Source: Thermoproteota archaeon (GTDB lineage: Archaea; Korarchaeota; Korarchaeia; Korarchaeales; JAOZGB01). Taken from it: a DNA stretch of 64,000 nt. Location: the NCBI GenBank assembly GCA_037917685.1, contig JAVCBU010000003.1, positions 1,941 through 65,940 on the forward strand, written 5' to 3'. Shown here piece after piece: positions 1 through 8,690 of this stretch (its first letter is position 1; each line of letters opens with the position of its first letter). The translations under genes were made by a program, and so were the position numbers. The notes under the pieces were generated by a model. It ran no database searches. It saw only the letters and a list, made by a program, of their open reading frames with translations, and had not been told where the DNA came from.

Positions 1-1336
1 TCTGGCTTCCAGCCTGTGTGATTGTGTAGTCGTCCCCGGTGTGATGTTGGACCTCCCATACGGATGGGCTGCCGTGGCCTCCGAAGTCTACGTATCCGTA
101 TCCGCTGTTTATCTCATTGTATACTATGGTTGAGGATACGTTTGAGCTTGAGGGCCTTTCATAGCGTTTTGTGACTGTGAAGTCGGCTGTTACATAGTTG
201 GATACAATGTAGTTTTTGAGTATTGCCCCCTCATCGTTGTAGAATGCGTCTACCCCTATCATTAGCATCCGCTGATACCACGCTGTCTCCTGGGGGTTGT
301 AGTTCTGTATTTTGTCTATTAGTATCTGCGCCTCCGCCTCGTTGCTTGCTGGCAGCCTGCCGAGGTAGACGTCCGGCACGCCGTCTACCTGGTCTTGGTC
401 CATTTCACCCCACCGCCCGTCGTCATCGTCGTCCCATGTGTAGTCTAGGTCTGCGTAGTAGAGGTCTGTTTCAAGGTAGGGGTCGTAGCTGTCTGTCCCG
501 TACACGTCTCTATGGGGGACCTGGTCTGAGTCTCCGAATATAATTAAGAACTGTGCGCCGTGGTTCTGAACCATGTCTTTTATATAGTTTCTTATCTTCT
601 CGGGATTATCCCTGCCGGTATACTCGCTATATATCTGTGTCACCGTTTTAACCTGGACTGTGAATCCTTGAGCCTCCTTTATGGATGCCAGCTGGTTAGC
701 ATATGACAGTAGGGTGTCGCTTGTCACTATTACCACGTCTATAGTCTGGAGGGGCTTCCGGATGGTCTGAGGCTGAACGTATGTGACGGTTACGGCTATG
801 TTGTCCGCAGCCATCAGGCTTCCATCCTCTGGGTTCCACTTAACAGGGTATATGGTTAACGCTAGGTAGGTGACTCTCCGCCCTGTTTCGGGGTCTATGC
901 CGTTTAAAACCCTGTACTCGTAGTCTCGGTATGGATACCATCCTCCACTATATATTTCAGGGTCTGGCTGTGAGACTCCTGGCTCCACCAGGCCTGGTAT
1001 CCCAGGCTTGAGAGCTGGCATCACATAGGCCGTCTCCTTGAGCGGCCTCCAGACGATGTCAACCCTGACCTCATCTATCCTCGAGCCATACGGGTACTTT
1101 CTAACAATAACTTTAACAGGAAGGGCTGGATGCCCAAGTCTTGCTATCTGTCCGCATCCCTGAATACTGATCGTATCGTAGATACCCCTGTAACCGCCTC
1201 TTCTCACAGCAGGCCTTGGAATGTTAATGTTGAAAGTGTCAACGTTTAATTGTACACCCGTAATATCAAGTAAGCCTGCAGTACCGACTAATAGAACTAA
1301 GAGTATACAAAACGCTAGGAGTCTATCGTTGCTCAT
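1..1336 (-). CDS. Secreted peptidase C25 (gingipain-like cysteine protease), N-terminal ~445 codons; the gene continues beyond the window start
   Basis: Absent from the ORF track because it runs off the edge. Manual minus-strand translation from ATG 1336-1334 stays open to position 1. Signal-like N-terminus MSNDRLLAFCILLVLLVGTAG. C25-type blocks IDVVIVTSD...QFLIIFGDSDQVP...DLYYADLD and the catalytic-His block VDFGGHGSPSVWE. Confidence 0.75.
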   Translation of the reverse strand, partial: MSNDRLLAFCILLVLLVGTAGLLDITGVQLNVDTFNINIPRPAVRRGGYRGIYDTISIQGCGQIARLGHPALPVKVIVRKYPYGSRIDEVRVDIVWRPLKETAYVMPALKPGIPGLVEPGVSQPDPEIYSGGWYPYRDYEYRVLNGIDPETGRRVTYLALTIYPVKWNPEDGSLMAADNIAVTVTYVQPQTIRKPLQTIDVVIVTSDTLLSYANQLASIKEAQGFTVQVKTVTQIYSEYTGRDNPEKIRNYIKDMVQNHGAQFLIIFGDSDQVPHRDVYGTDSYDPYLETDLYYADLDYTWDDDDDGRWGEMDQDQVDGVPDVYLGRLPASNEAEAQILIDKIQNYNPQETAWYQRMLMIGVDAFYNDEGAILKNYIVSNYVTADFTVTKRYERPSSSNVSSTIVYNEINSGYGYVDFGGHGSPSVWEVQHHTGDDYTITQAGSQ

Positions 1337-1367
1337 TTACCTCATCACCCTGATGAAACCACCAAAA

Positions 1368-1422
1368 AATAAAAACTTAAAATATGTAAAGTGTAAATAA
1401 AAACTTAAAATATCACAAGTGT
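1368..1422. repeat. 28-bp-period tandem duplication (2 copies) of an AT-rich promoter-like element upstream of the C25 gene
   Basis: aataaaaacttaaaatatgtaaagtgt (1368-1394) and aataaaaacttaaaatatcacaagtgt (1396-1422). A single related copy (aaaataaaaactaaacc) lies upstream of the C25 paralog fragment near 3066-3082. Confidence 0.6.
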
Positions 1423-1889
1423 GAAAGTCTAGCCGAACATTAATTGATCAACCATACCCCGCTAAACTAATATTAAAAACGTAGTTATAGTGATCCTAAG
1501 CTATTGCGGTGGTTTCATAAGAGTTTATTTTGCTGGTTTTATTGGCCTGATTGCTTTTTACACGATTTTTCGCTTGATTTTTGCTTTAAGGCTGTCTAAA
1601 TGCTTGTGTTTGATGTTACTGTTCATTTATCTATTTTTACCTTTCCATAGGTTTTATTGCTTCTCAAAATCCAGAGCGTGAAGGGTTAGATGACTTATTC
1701 TCAGCCTATCGTGAAATTGTGAACTTTCTCGTCACCTGCGCTTTTTGAGAACAACATCACAAGATTTTACCGACTGAAGATGTGGGGTTTCGTTCCCCTG
1801 AAAGCCCCTCGATGAAGAAGGGAGTGGGGAAGGTTGTCCGCTGCGACTATTTCGCTTGTTCCAATAGTAGCGGATAACTAGTACGGTTG

Positions 1890-2513
1890 TTATTCGATTA
1901 TGGATCCTGCTATTACTTCTATTCCTTGTTGTTTTGCGTATTGGTATGCTTCTTTGTCTATGTTTACTGCTACGAGTATTATTTTCTCTGCCTTTCTTCC
2001 GAGGATTTCCTCTACTATTGGTGCTTTGACTGTTAGCCATGTTACGTGGTCTGCTTCTGCTCTGGATTTAACTTCTATTAGGTATAGTTTGTCGTTGTGT
2101 ATATAGACGTCTAGCTCTATGTCTGAGCCTTTCTTTAGGTATCTTCCGTCTACGTCTCTGTACTTGAACTTCTCCACCATTCCAGGCTTTATTCCCCTCT
2201 CCTCAAGGGCGTGCTTGTATATTGCCAGTACAGTTTTTTCGAGGTCTTTTCCCCACCTTCTTCCAAGGGAGCCTAATGCAACTTTAACTTCAGCCATGCT
2301 TGTTGTGAGTTCTTCGAGTCTTTTGCCCTGTTCTTCTAGTCTCATGCTTAGTTCTTCGAGTCTTTTGCCCTGTTCTTCTAGTCTCATGCTTAGTTCTTCG
2401 AGTCTTTTGAGTATTTCCTGTAGGCCTATTAGCCCGCTAACTATGTATCTGAACTCTTCGTCTTCCTTTAGTAGGGTTATGATTTTTGTTCGTATTGCTT
2501 CTTTACTATGCAT
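1890..2513 (-). CDS. Coiled-coil plus PD-(D/E)XK nuclease-like protein (DUF3782-like family, recalled from memory)
   Basis: 207-aa ORF. The N-terminal half is heptad-rich with the duplicated 14-aa unit LEELSMRLEEQGKR. The C-terminal half carries ELDVYIHNDKLYLIEVK, a D...ExK restriction-endonuclease-like motif. Confidence 0.55.
   Translation of the reverse strand: MHSKEAIRTKIITLLKEDEEFRYIVSGLIGLQEILKRLEELSMRLEEQGKRLEELSMRLEEQGKRLEELTTSMAEVKVALGSLGRRWGKDLEKTVLAIYKHALEERGIKPGMVEKFKYRDVDGRYLKKGSDIELDVYIHNDKLYLIEVKSRAEADHVTWLTVKAPIVEEILGRKAEKIILVAVNIDKEAYQYAKQQGIEVIAGSIIE
2308..2409. repeat. Perfect 42-bp in-frame tandem repeat (2 full copies plus 18 nt) inside the coiled-coil region of the 1890-2513 gene
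   Basis: agttcttcgagtcttttgccctgttcttctagtctcatgctt occurs at 2308-2349 and 2350-2391, with a partial third copy at 2392-2409. It encodes LEELSMRLEEQGKR twice. Confidence 0.9.
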
Positions 2514-2685
2514 TTCAATGAATATGTGTGGTTCGTGGTTTAAAACTGTTTGGGATGGCCTATACTGTGTTGTTTATTTGTATGTTTCATTTACTTAGTC
2601 TTGGTTTGTTTAGTCTTGGTTTTGGCGTTGTGGCATGTTAGCTTTCCACGTGGCTTGGGTGATGAAGTGTTTTGTGGTTTATACG

Positions 2686-3053
2686 CCTGGCTCCACCAGG
2701 CCGGGGACTCCAGGCTTGAGGGCTGGCATCACGTAGGCTTTCTCCTTAAGCGGCTTCCAGGTGATGTCTACCTTAACCTCAGCTATCCCCGAACCAAACG
2801 GGTATTTTCTAACCACGCTTTTGACGGGAAGCGCTGGATGCCCTAGTCTGGTTATCTGGGTGCATCCCTGGATATTGATTGTATCATAGATGCCTCTGTA
2901 CCCCCTTTCTCATAGTCGGCTTTGGATTTTAATGTTGAAAGTGTCAACGTTAAACTGGACACCTGTTGTGGGAAAGTACCCTACAGCACTTGTAGATAGA
3001 ATTATAAGTATACAAAAAGATAGAAGCTTGTAACCGTTGCCCGTTTGCCTCAT
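2686..3053 (-). pseudogene. Truncated, frameshifted 5' fragment of a second C25-peptidase paralog
   Basis: DNA at 2686-3053 aligns with 978-1336, the 5' end of the intact C25 gene. Translation gives MRQTGNGYKLLSFCILIILS...NVDTFNIKIQSRL, then a stop. A shifted frame continues ERGYRGIYDTINIQGCTQITRLGHPALPVKSVVRKYPFGS...LVEPGV, then a stop. Homology ends abruptly at about 2686. Confidence 0.8.
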
Positions 3054-3209
3054 AGAATCGGGGCCCCTACAAAATAAAAACTAAACCAATCTTATGACAC
3101 GCCTGCTCAAAGTCTATTGAACACCAACAATAAAACTTCAGCACGCAGGCTAGGACCCGCCTGCCTAATAAAGTTTATATTTATATTCAGCTCTACAATG
3201 ACGATCGGT

Positions 3210-4895
3210 ATGTCGTCTTACAGGAAGGTCTTACTGCTTCTTGCCGTGTCGCTTCTCCTCTACAGCGGTGTAGTTGCGGCGCAGCCGAGGCCGAAGGATG
3301 ACCAGGCTGAGAGGACAGACCTCTCTAAGGTAGAGCCACCTATACCTTTCCAAGCTGGAACAGAGCTGTGGGTAAATACGGATGTGTCCGAAGAGCCTGC
3401 CTACAGGTGTATTGCCACGGGGGACATAAACGGGGATGGGATATTAGATGTGGTTGTAGGAGACTATGGTTCCCCATATAATATTTACGTGGTGGACGGG
3501 TCGAACGGTGCAACCCTCTGGTCGACATCGCATTATAGCGATGATGTTAGGGCTGTAGCTATCGGAGACGTTGATGGTGACGGCGGCCTTGATGTTGTCG
3601 CTGCATGGGACGGCGTCGGCATGTTCTGCGTGTATGACGGTGCTACTGGTACGCTTCTTGATGCTCAAAACACTTTAGGCGGTGATGTGTGTAGTAAGGC
3701 TATTGCGGTGGGCGACGTTAACGGCGATGGGGACGCGGAGGTGGCCGTTGGAACTGAGGGCTATACATTGGAACTCTGGGACTGGCAGGCTGGAGGAATG
3801 GTGCTCCAGTGGAATGTTAGCTTTGGCAACCGGGTGAGGCCTGTCGCCATGGGGGAGTTCGACGGTGATGCTGGGCTTGACGTTGTCGCTGCCTCCGACG
3901 ATCTAACGGTTATGGCGTACGACGGTGACACCAACACCCAGCTTTGGGCTGCTCCGTACTCGTTCAATGACTGGCCTTGTTATGAGTTTGCCATCGGAGA
4001 CCTTAACGGTGACGGCTATGATGACGTGGTCGGCGGCGAGTACACTGGCATGGTGTTCGCCCTGAACGGCAATACCGGAGCTGAGTTATGGTCCTACAAC
4101 GCTACGGATAATGCTTGCAGTGTTTACGTGGGCGACCTTGACGGCGACGGCGATCTTGATGTTGCCGCTGGCGACTACGATGACTACATCTATGGCCTTG
4201 ACGGCCAGGCAGGTACAGAGCTCTGGACGCCCTACCAGGGGACGGGTGGTGCATCCTATTGGATGCTTGATGTTGTGGTTGGCGACTTTGACAATGACGG
4301 TTTGAATGAGATTGCTGGGGTCAGCGACGACTACAACCTTTACATTGTTAATGGGGACGATGGAACCCTATTCGACTCCTACGCGGCTACTGACGATCTC
4401 GAGTGCGCTGACAAGGGGGACTTTAATAATGATGGTGTTGACGACGTGGTGTTTGGTGGTGGTTCTCTGATTGCATATGGATTTCCTGCAAACGGCCGGG
4501 TGTTGGCTGGTAGTATTACGTTTACCCCTGCTTCACCTCAGCCGCCGGGGACGACTGTGACGATTGAGGCTGACATCCGCAACACGGGTGCAGTAGACAT
4601 TTTATGCGACGTAGAGTTCTACTATGATGGGAACCTTATAGGTACCTTGTCCTCTGTAAATGTTCCAGCCTTCAGCGATGTACATGTGAGCATGGACTGG
4701 GATACTACCGGAGTTCCCCCTGGAGCATATACGGTTGAGGTCAGGCTCACCAATATTGCCCCAAGCGACTGGGATCCAGCAGATAACTCCGAGACTGCAC
4801 CCTACACTCTCCAGGCTATACCTGAGTTCCTATTCCTCATGCTGGCTGCTCTGGCGTCTGCCATGGTTGCGGTGCTGGCTGCTAGGCGCAGCTAG
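3210..4895 (+). CDS. Secreted FG-GAP/VCBS-repeat beta-propeller protein with a CARDB-like domain and a PEF-CTERM-like C-terminal anchor
   Basis: The track ORF is 3117-4895. The likely start is ATG 3210 (MSSYRKVLLLLAVSLLLYSGVVAAQP signal). Repeated GDxNGDGxxDVVxG units occur (GDINGDGILDVVVGD, GDVDGDGGLDVVAA, GDLDGDGDLDVAAGD and others). CARDB-like TVTIEADIRNTGAVD. The C-terminus is IPEFLFLMLAALASAMVAVLAARRS. Confidence 0.8.
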   Translation: MSSYRKVLLLLAVSLLLYSGVVAAQPRPKDDQAERTDLSKVEPPIPFQAGTELWVNTDVSEEPAYRCIATGDINGDGILDVVVGDYGSPYNIYVVDGSNGATLWSTSHYSDDVRAVAIGDVDGDGGLDVVAAWDGVGMFCVYDGATGTLLDAQNTLGGDVCSKAIAVGDVNGDGDAEVAVGTEGYTLELWDWQAGGMVLQWNVSFGNRVRPVAMGEFDGDAGLDVVAASDDLTVMAYDGDTNTQLWAAPYSFNDWPCYEFAIGDLNGDGYDDVVGGEYTGMVFALNGNTGAELWSYNATDNACSVYVGDLDGDGDLDVAAGDYDDYIYGLDGQAGTELWTPYQGTGGASYWMLDVVVGDFDNDGLNEIAGVSDDYNLYIVNGDDGTLFDSYAATDDLECADKGDFNNDGVDDVVFGGGSLIAYGFPANGRVLAGSITFTPASPQPPGTTVTIEADIRNTGAVDILCDVEFYYDGNLIGTLSSVNVPAFSDVHVSMDWDTTGVPPGAYTVEVRLTNIAPSDWDPADNSETAPYTLQAIPEFLFLMLAALASAMVAVLAARRS

Positions 4896-4900
4896 CCCTC

Positions 4901-4918
4901 CCATTTTTCCCATTTTTA
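4901..4918 (+). terminator. Twin oligo-T tracts (cccattttt x2) immediately after the FG-GAP gene stop; archaeal-type terminator candidate
   Basis: T5 runs at 4904-4908 and 4913-4917, 9-20 nt after the TAG at 4893-4895. Confidence 0.45.
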
Positions 4919-5650
4919 ACCTGTGGGTTGCTACTTTATCTTTCCCCACTGTTCTTCCTGAATCCCAAGCTGAGCCTCAGCTATGGAGACAGTGTTAGAC
5001 TTGGAGGCCCTATGATTCAGCCTGATGCCTGGCGTATATCTCCGGTTAGGTTTCTCGTGCGAAGCGTGAAACGGTGGCTATTATGTGGTTGAGTGTCCTG
5101 TTGGAGCTGGGACGATAATATTTGGCTTATCATTGCATGATTAATTAGACTTCTGCGTTGTTAAAGCTGGTAAGAACGGCTTCTCTATGAACATCCGTTT
5201 AGGCGGTGTTGCAAGGTGTGGGGCTGAAGCTGGGCTTCTCTGGCTTATAGAAGCTTCCCAGAAGCTAACCTGTAAGTATACTAAAATGGGGGTGGATGGT
5301 AGAGATGGAAGAGGTACCTATCATCGCAGAAGAGGACTGAATAGGCTCAAAGATAAAGATGTGTCATCATCCCCTTTATTTTGGGTTAGGCAAGTATGGC
5401 TTTCTCGGCGGTTGTCAGCTCACACTCTTTACTATTTTAAACTTGTCTAATGGACCGGGATCTTTGCGGAAACGCCTACTGGCTGTAGGTTGCTGGCTTG
5501 CCTGTGATGCTGATGTGTGTTGGCCTGTAGAGTATCATATGGCTTTTTAATGTGTCCAGTATGTTATCTTGCCTACTTCAGCTTTTACAGGGTTTATTGA
5601 AATAGAATCCGGGAATATGCTGTAGAATAGGCCTCTATTCTTTTAGGAGT

Positions 5651-6055
5651 CTAAGAGCTGTATATCTTTTCGATTTCACGTATTATCTTTTTGTCTCCGG
5701 CTAAGACTAGGCCGAACGTCAGTATTTCCCTTATTATCCTTCTCTTCTGGGCTGCAAGCCTGTATAGCTCCCTCCTGGTGTAGACCCTTGGCTCAACATC
5801 CAGCGGGAGATCGGACACCATGTAGTCTTTAAGCCTCTCAACAGGGTTTTCGGGTACATCGTCGGACACTATTAGGAGGTCCAGGTCTGATAATGGCGTG
5901 TAGTCTCCCCTTGCAAAGGAGCCGTAGAGGATCACAGCGTCGGCCTTCCCCTCCTCGACAAGCCTTCTAGCATGCTCCTTGGCAAGCCTGAGCACCTTTC
6001 TAGGCTCTATCCTGTGCACCCTTACTCCTGCAGAATTCGATGATTTCCCTTGCAT
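5651..6055 (-). CDS. Minimal nucleotidyltransferase (MNT), antitoxin-type partner of HEPN
   Basis: Motif AVILYGSFARGDYTPLSDLDLLIVSDD (GS...D.D). The start is uncertain (ATG 6112, ATG 6055 or GTG 6019). The gene overlaps or abuts the upstream HEPN ORF stop at 6000-6002. Confidence 0.75.
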   Translation of the reverse strand: MQGKSSNSAGVRVHRIEPRKVLRLAKEHARRLVEEGKADAVILYGSFARGDYTPLSDLDLLIVSDDVPENPVERLKDYMVSDLPLDVEPRVYTRRELYRLAAQKRRIIREILTFGLVLAGDKKIIREIEKIYSS

Positions 6056-6400
6056 ATTCGATCGCCCTATCAGCGTCAACCCTGCTGTAATAGTCCATAG
6101 GCGTCCCCTCACTGTGGAAATTTGGATACCTCGTCGGTATATAATGCCTATCCAACTCCTTAGCCTTAGATATTAGGCTTTCAGGGACAGATATCTCATT
6201 TTGTAGCTGTCTCAGCATTCTAGATATAGAATGGCCCCAGACCTCCATGTTTCTACTCTCATACAGCGCCTTAACAGCCTTTCCAGCGGCCTGCTGGGCT
6301 GAAAAGCACGCCCACTCGTAATGCCCATTCTCCATTGACAGCTGGGCATGGAGAGATCTCTTAATGCTTGCCTCATCCAGTCCTTAGCTCTGGAAACCAT
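6000..6400 (-). pseudogene. HEPN-domain protein, reading frame disrupted by an apparent 1-nt deletion near 6345-6352
   Basis: The N-terminus MVSRAKDWMRQALRDLS is in one frame (ATG 6400). The remainder, AQLSMENGHYEWACFSAQQAAGKAVKALYES...IPTRYPNF, is in the -1 frame. Adding one nt after 6348 would give RDLSMAQLSMENGHYEW. Confidence 0.65.
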
Positions 6401-6745
6401 TATACTACATGAGATAATCCTCCTACAGGTTATATATTTATCGTTGCAACATTACGGGCCGGGAGGTCTAGTTGGTCGGCTGATCGGCATCGTATCCATA
6501 TTAAGGCTGGTAGGATGTCGAGCTTGAAGCTATTGGTTACGGGGAGCATTGTGCTTATGGGTTCCAGGGTATGCATGTTTTAGTATTAGGGTCGCTGCTG
6601 GCCCCACTAACTTGGTAGGATAGTCAGCGTGCGCTGTTTGGATGGGCTAGCTGTTTATCAGTGTTTGTTTTATTTAGCCCCTTGGCGCTTTATTCTTTGA
6701 CGTTGCTGTAAAATTTTGGATGTGCTGGTTTGTGTTGGTGTCTTG

Positions 6746-6759
6746 TTAAAAATTTATTA
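6746..6759 (+). promoter_or_regulatory. TATA-box-like element for the tRNA gene
   Basis: ttaaaaatttatta lies 24-37 nt upstream of the tRNA 5' end at 6783. Confidence 0.5.
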
Positions 6760-6782
6760 GGTAGCTTTGGCTACTCATACTT

Positions 6783-6871
6783 GCCCCGGTGGCGTAGTCT
6801 GGTAGCGCGGCCGCCTCGTATCCCGGTGGCTGGTGAGCGGCAGGTCGAGGGTTCGAAGCCCTCCCGGGGCT
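6783..6871 (+). tRNA. tRNA-Thr (anticodon CGU) with a 15-nt intron at the canonical 37/38 position
   Basis: Hand-folded cloverleaf. Acceptor GCCCCGG/CCGGGGC. D arm GCGU-AGUCUGGUA-GCGC. Anticodon stem GCCGC/GCGGC with loop CU-CGU-A, then the intron UCCCGGUGGCUGGUG (6821-6835), then A. T arm GAGGG-UUCGAAG-CCCUC. Discriminator U. The anticodon is at 6817-6819. Confidence 0.85.
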
Positions 6872-6878
6872 TTCCAAG

Positions 6879-7721
6879 CTATTGCGTGGCCGAGGGGTGC
6901 CACCATTTTTTACCTTTCTGCTCTTTGGCCTTGTCCCACTCTGAGAGTATTTTAACTGCTTCGCATGCTGTTTTTGCGGCTTCTTCCTCCCCCTTTACTG
7001 CGAACTTGTTTCTTACTCTGTCTGCGTATACCGCGCATATTGCCCCGGCTCTTAGGCCGTATAGGGATGCTAGGGTTAGTATTGATGCTGCCTCCATTTC
7101 GAAGTTTAGTACTCTCGCCCTCTGAAGATCTGGTATGAGATTGTCCATCCAGGACTGCCAGTACCCATTGTAGCCTGGCCTTGCCTGCCCGCAGTAGAAG
7201 GAGTCTGTGGTTGCGGTTATCCCCACGTGATACCTATATCCTAGGGTTTCAGCTGCTTCTACGAGTGCTGCTACCACCTCGTAGGATGCTACCGCTGGGT
7301 ATTCTATTCTGACATACTGCTTGGTGGTTCCCTCCAGCCTTACGGCTCCTGTTGTTATTATCAGGTCTCCGAGCCTGATATCAGGCTGGATTGACCCGGT
7401 GCTTCCCACTCTTATCAGGGTGTCTGCTCCTATGTTTGCAAGTTCCTCTACAGCTATGGCTGCTGCTGGCGAGCCTATGCCGGTGCTGCAGGCCGATATC
7501 CTAACCCCTCTATAGTAGCCCGTGTGGGTTAGATACTCCCGGTGCCTCCCTACAACCTTGTAGCTGTCCCAGAGTGAGGATATTTTAGGAACCCTGTCCG
7601 GGTCTCCGGGGAGTAGTACATACCTGGATACATCGCCGGGTTTAAGAGCTATATGATACTGTATTCTCCCCCTAGCTTCAGGCCTTATGGCGGACTTGTA
7701 CTCCACGTGGGAACCATGCAT
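6879..7721 (-). CDS. Nucleoside phosphorylase, PNP/UDP family (uridine phosphorylase-like)
   Basis: Motifs LLPGDPDRV, STGIGSPAAAIAVEEL, IRVGSTGS and FEMEAASI. Confidence 0.75.
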   Translation of the reverse strand: MHGSHVEYKSAIRPEARGRIQYHIALKPGDVSRYVLLPGDPDRVPKISSLWDSYKVVGRHREYLTHTGYYRGVRISACSTGIGSPAAAIAVEELANIGADTLIRVGSTGSIQPDIRLGDLIITTGAVRLEGTTKQYVRIEYPAVASYEVVAALVEAAETLGYRYHVGITATTDSFYCGQARPGYNGYWQSWMDNLIPDLQRARVLNFEMEAASILTLASLYGLRAGAICAVYADRVRNKFAVKGEEEAAKTACEAVKILSEWDKAKEQKGKKWWHPSATQ

Positions 7722-7811
7722 ATGAAAGTATTAAGTTTAACTTTTAAGGTGCTTGGTAGAGCCTAACCTTCGCTGGGGCAGACTATGGTACCCTCTACAC
7801 TGTCACCTCGG

Positions 7812-8690
7812 CTATCTTCCACCGTAGATTGAGATTGCTTTTGCCGCTACCCTGCATCCCTCCCTTGCCGCCTGACATATGTCAAGCCCTTTTAATCTCG
7901 CCGCCAGGTATCCAGCTGCAAAGGCATCCCCAGCGCCTGTTGTATCCACTACTCTATCAGGCTTTACTGCTTTCACCCTGCACGTCCTACGGCCATCGTA
8001 GGCTAGGCAGCCTTCTTCTCCCATTGTTATTACGACCTCGCCGACAAGCCTCCCCAAAATCTTCGCCGATTTTTCCACGTCTCTATCTCCCGTCAGTGCT
8101 TCCGACTCATCTAGGTTTAGAATCAGGATGTTAAATCTCGTGAAGAGTTTAATATACCATTCTCTCTCCTGTGAGAGTAGTGATGCTGAAGAGCCGTTTA
8201 TGGCTACGACAGCCCCACTTCTAACCGCCTCCTCCAGGAGGAACCTGTATGCTTCACCAGGCTTCTCAGAGTGGTATGAGTATGCCTGGAGGTATAGTAG
8301 CCTATACCTCCCAGCCTTCGATAAAGCGTCTTTCATCTCCTCCATGGTGATCTCATCGTTTGCGCCTCTTAGAGCTATGAGTGTCCTGTCTCCATCAGGG
8401 TGGATAAGAGATATGCATATACCTGTCGGCTTTATCCCCCTATATGTGATGGGTTTTACGCCCTCTCTTCTTAGGTCTGAAATATACTCCTCACCGTGGC
8501 AGTCGCTTCCCACCTTGCCTATCAATCCGACTTTTAGCCCAAGCCTTGAAGCCCAGACAGCGGTGTTTCCAGCTGCACCTCCGAACACAACCTTAATATC
8601 GGAGAAGATACTTTCACCCTTTCTTACCTCCCCTACAGGGACTATGACATCCACTAGAAGGTCCCCCGCCACAAGTAGGTCAAGGCTCAT
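7812..8690 (-). CDS. PfkB-family carbohydrate/nucleoside kinase (ribokinase-like)
   Basis: Motifs GGAAGNTAVWASRLG and DTTGAGDAFAAGYL. There is a 4-nt overlap with the upstream gene. Confidence 0.8.
   Translation of the reverse strand: MSLDLLVAGDLLVDVIVPVGEVRKGESIFSDIKVVFGGAAGNTAVWASRLGLKVGLIGKVGSDCHGEEYISDLRREGVKPITYRGIKPTGICISLIHPDGDRTLIALRGANDEITMEEMKDALSKAGRYRLLYLQAYSYHSEKPGEAYRFLLEEAVRSGAVVAINGSSASLLSQEREWYIKLFTRFNILILNLDESEALTGDRDVEKSAKILGRLVGEVVITMGEEGCLAYDGRRTCRVKAVKPDRVVDTTGAGDAFAAGYLAARLKGLDICQAAREGCRVAAKAISIYGGR

Noticed and set aside
223-543. 106-aa + strand ORF at the window start
   Set aside because: It lies antisense to the C25 peptidase coding sequence. Its Arg/Pro-rich composition is typical of a spurious frame.
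1490-1681. 63-aa ORF in the AT-rich spacer
   Set aside because: A hydrophobic, Phe/Leu-rich product from T-rich DNA. No SD or promoter logic. Most likely non-coding promoter or spacer DNA.
2119-2598. 159-aa + strand ORF overlapping the DUF3782-like gene
   Set aside because: It is the antisense of a coiled-coil gene. Its repetitive SSSLLPCSSSLMLSSSS merely mirrors the 42-bp repeat. No start context or motifs.
4896-5650. About 750 bp without a convincing gene (track ORFs 4735-4998, 5187-5450, 5359-5550)
   Set aside because: The ORF products are Arg/Gly/Trp-rich and look nonsensical. I could not recognise a gene remnant, an RNA family or repeats. The only small hairpin is AGAATAG-gcct-CTATTCT at about 5622-5639. 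The region is left unannotated rather than guessed.
6452-6530. tRNA-like start GGGCCGGGAGGTCTAGTTGGTC upstream of the real tRNA
   Set aside because: The D arm cannot pair (GGTC has no GACC partner). No anticodon or T arm could be folded. It is treated as a chance resemblance or a very degraded relic.
1337-6782. Hypothesis that the block left of tRNA-Thr is an integrated mobile element
   Set aside because: No integrase, transposase or viral genes, and no detectable repeat of the tRNA in the window. Only circumstantial accessory gene content supports it. It is retained only as a low-interest note.
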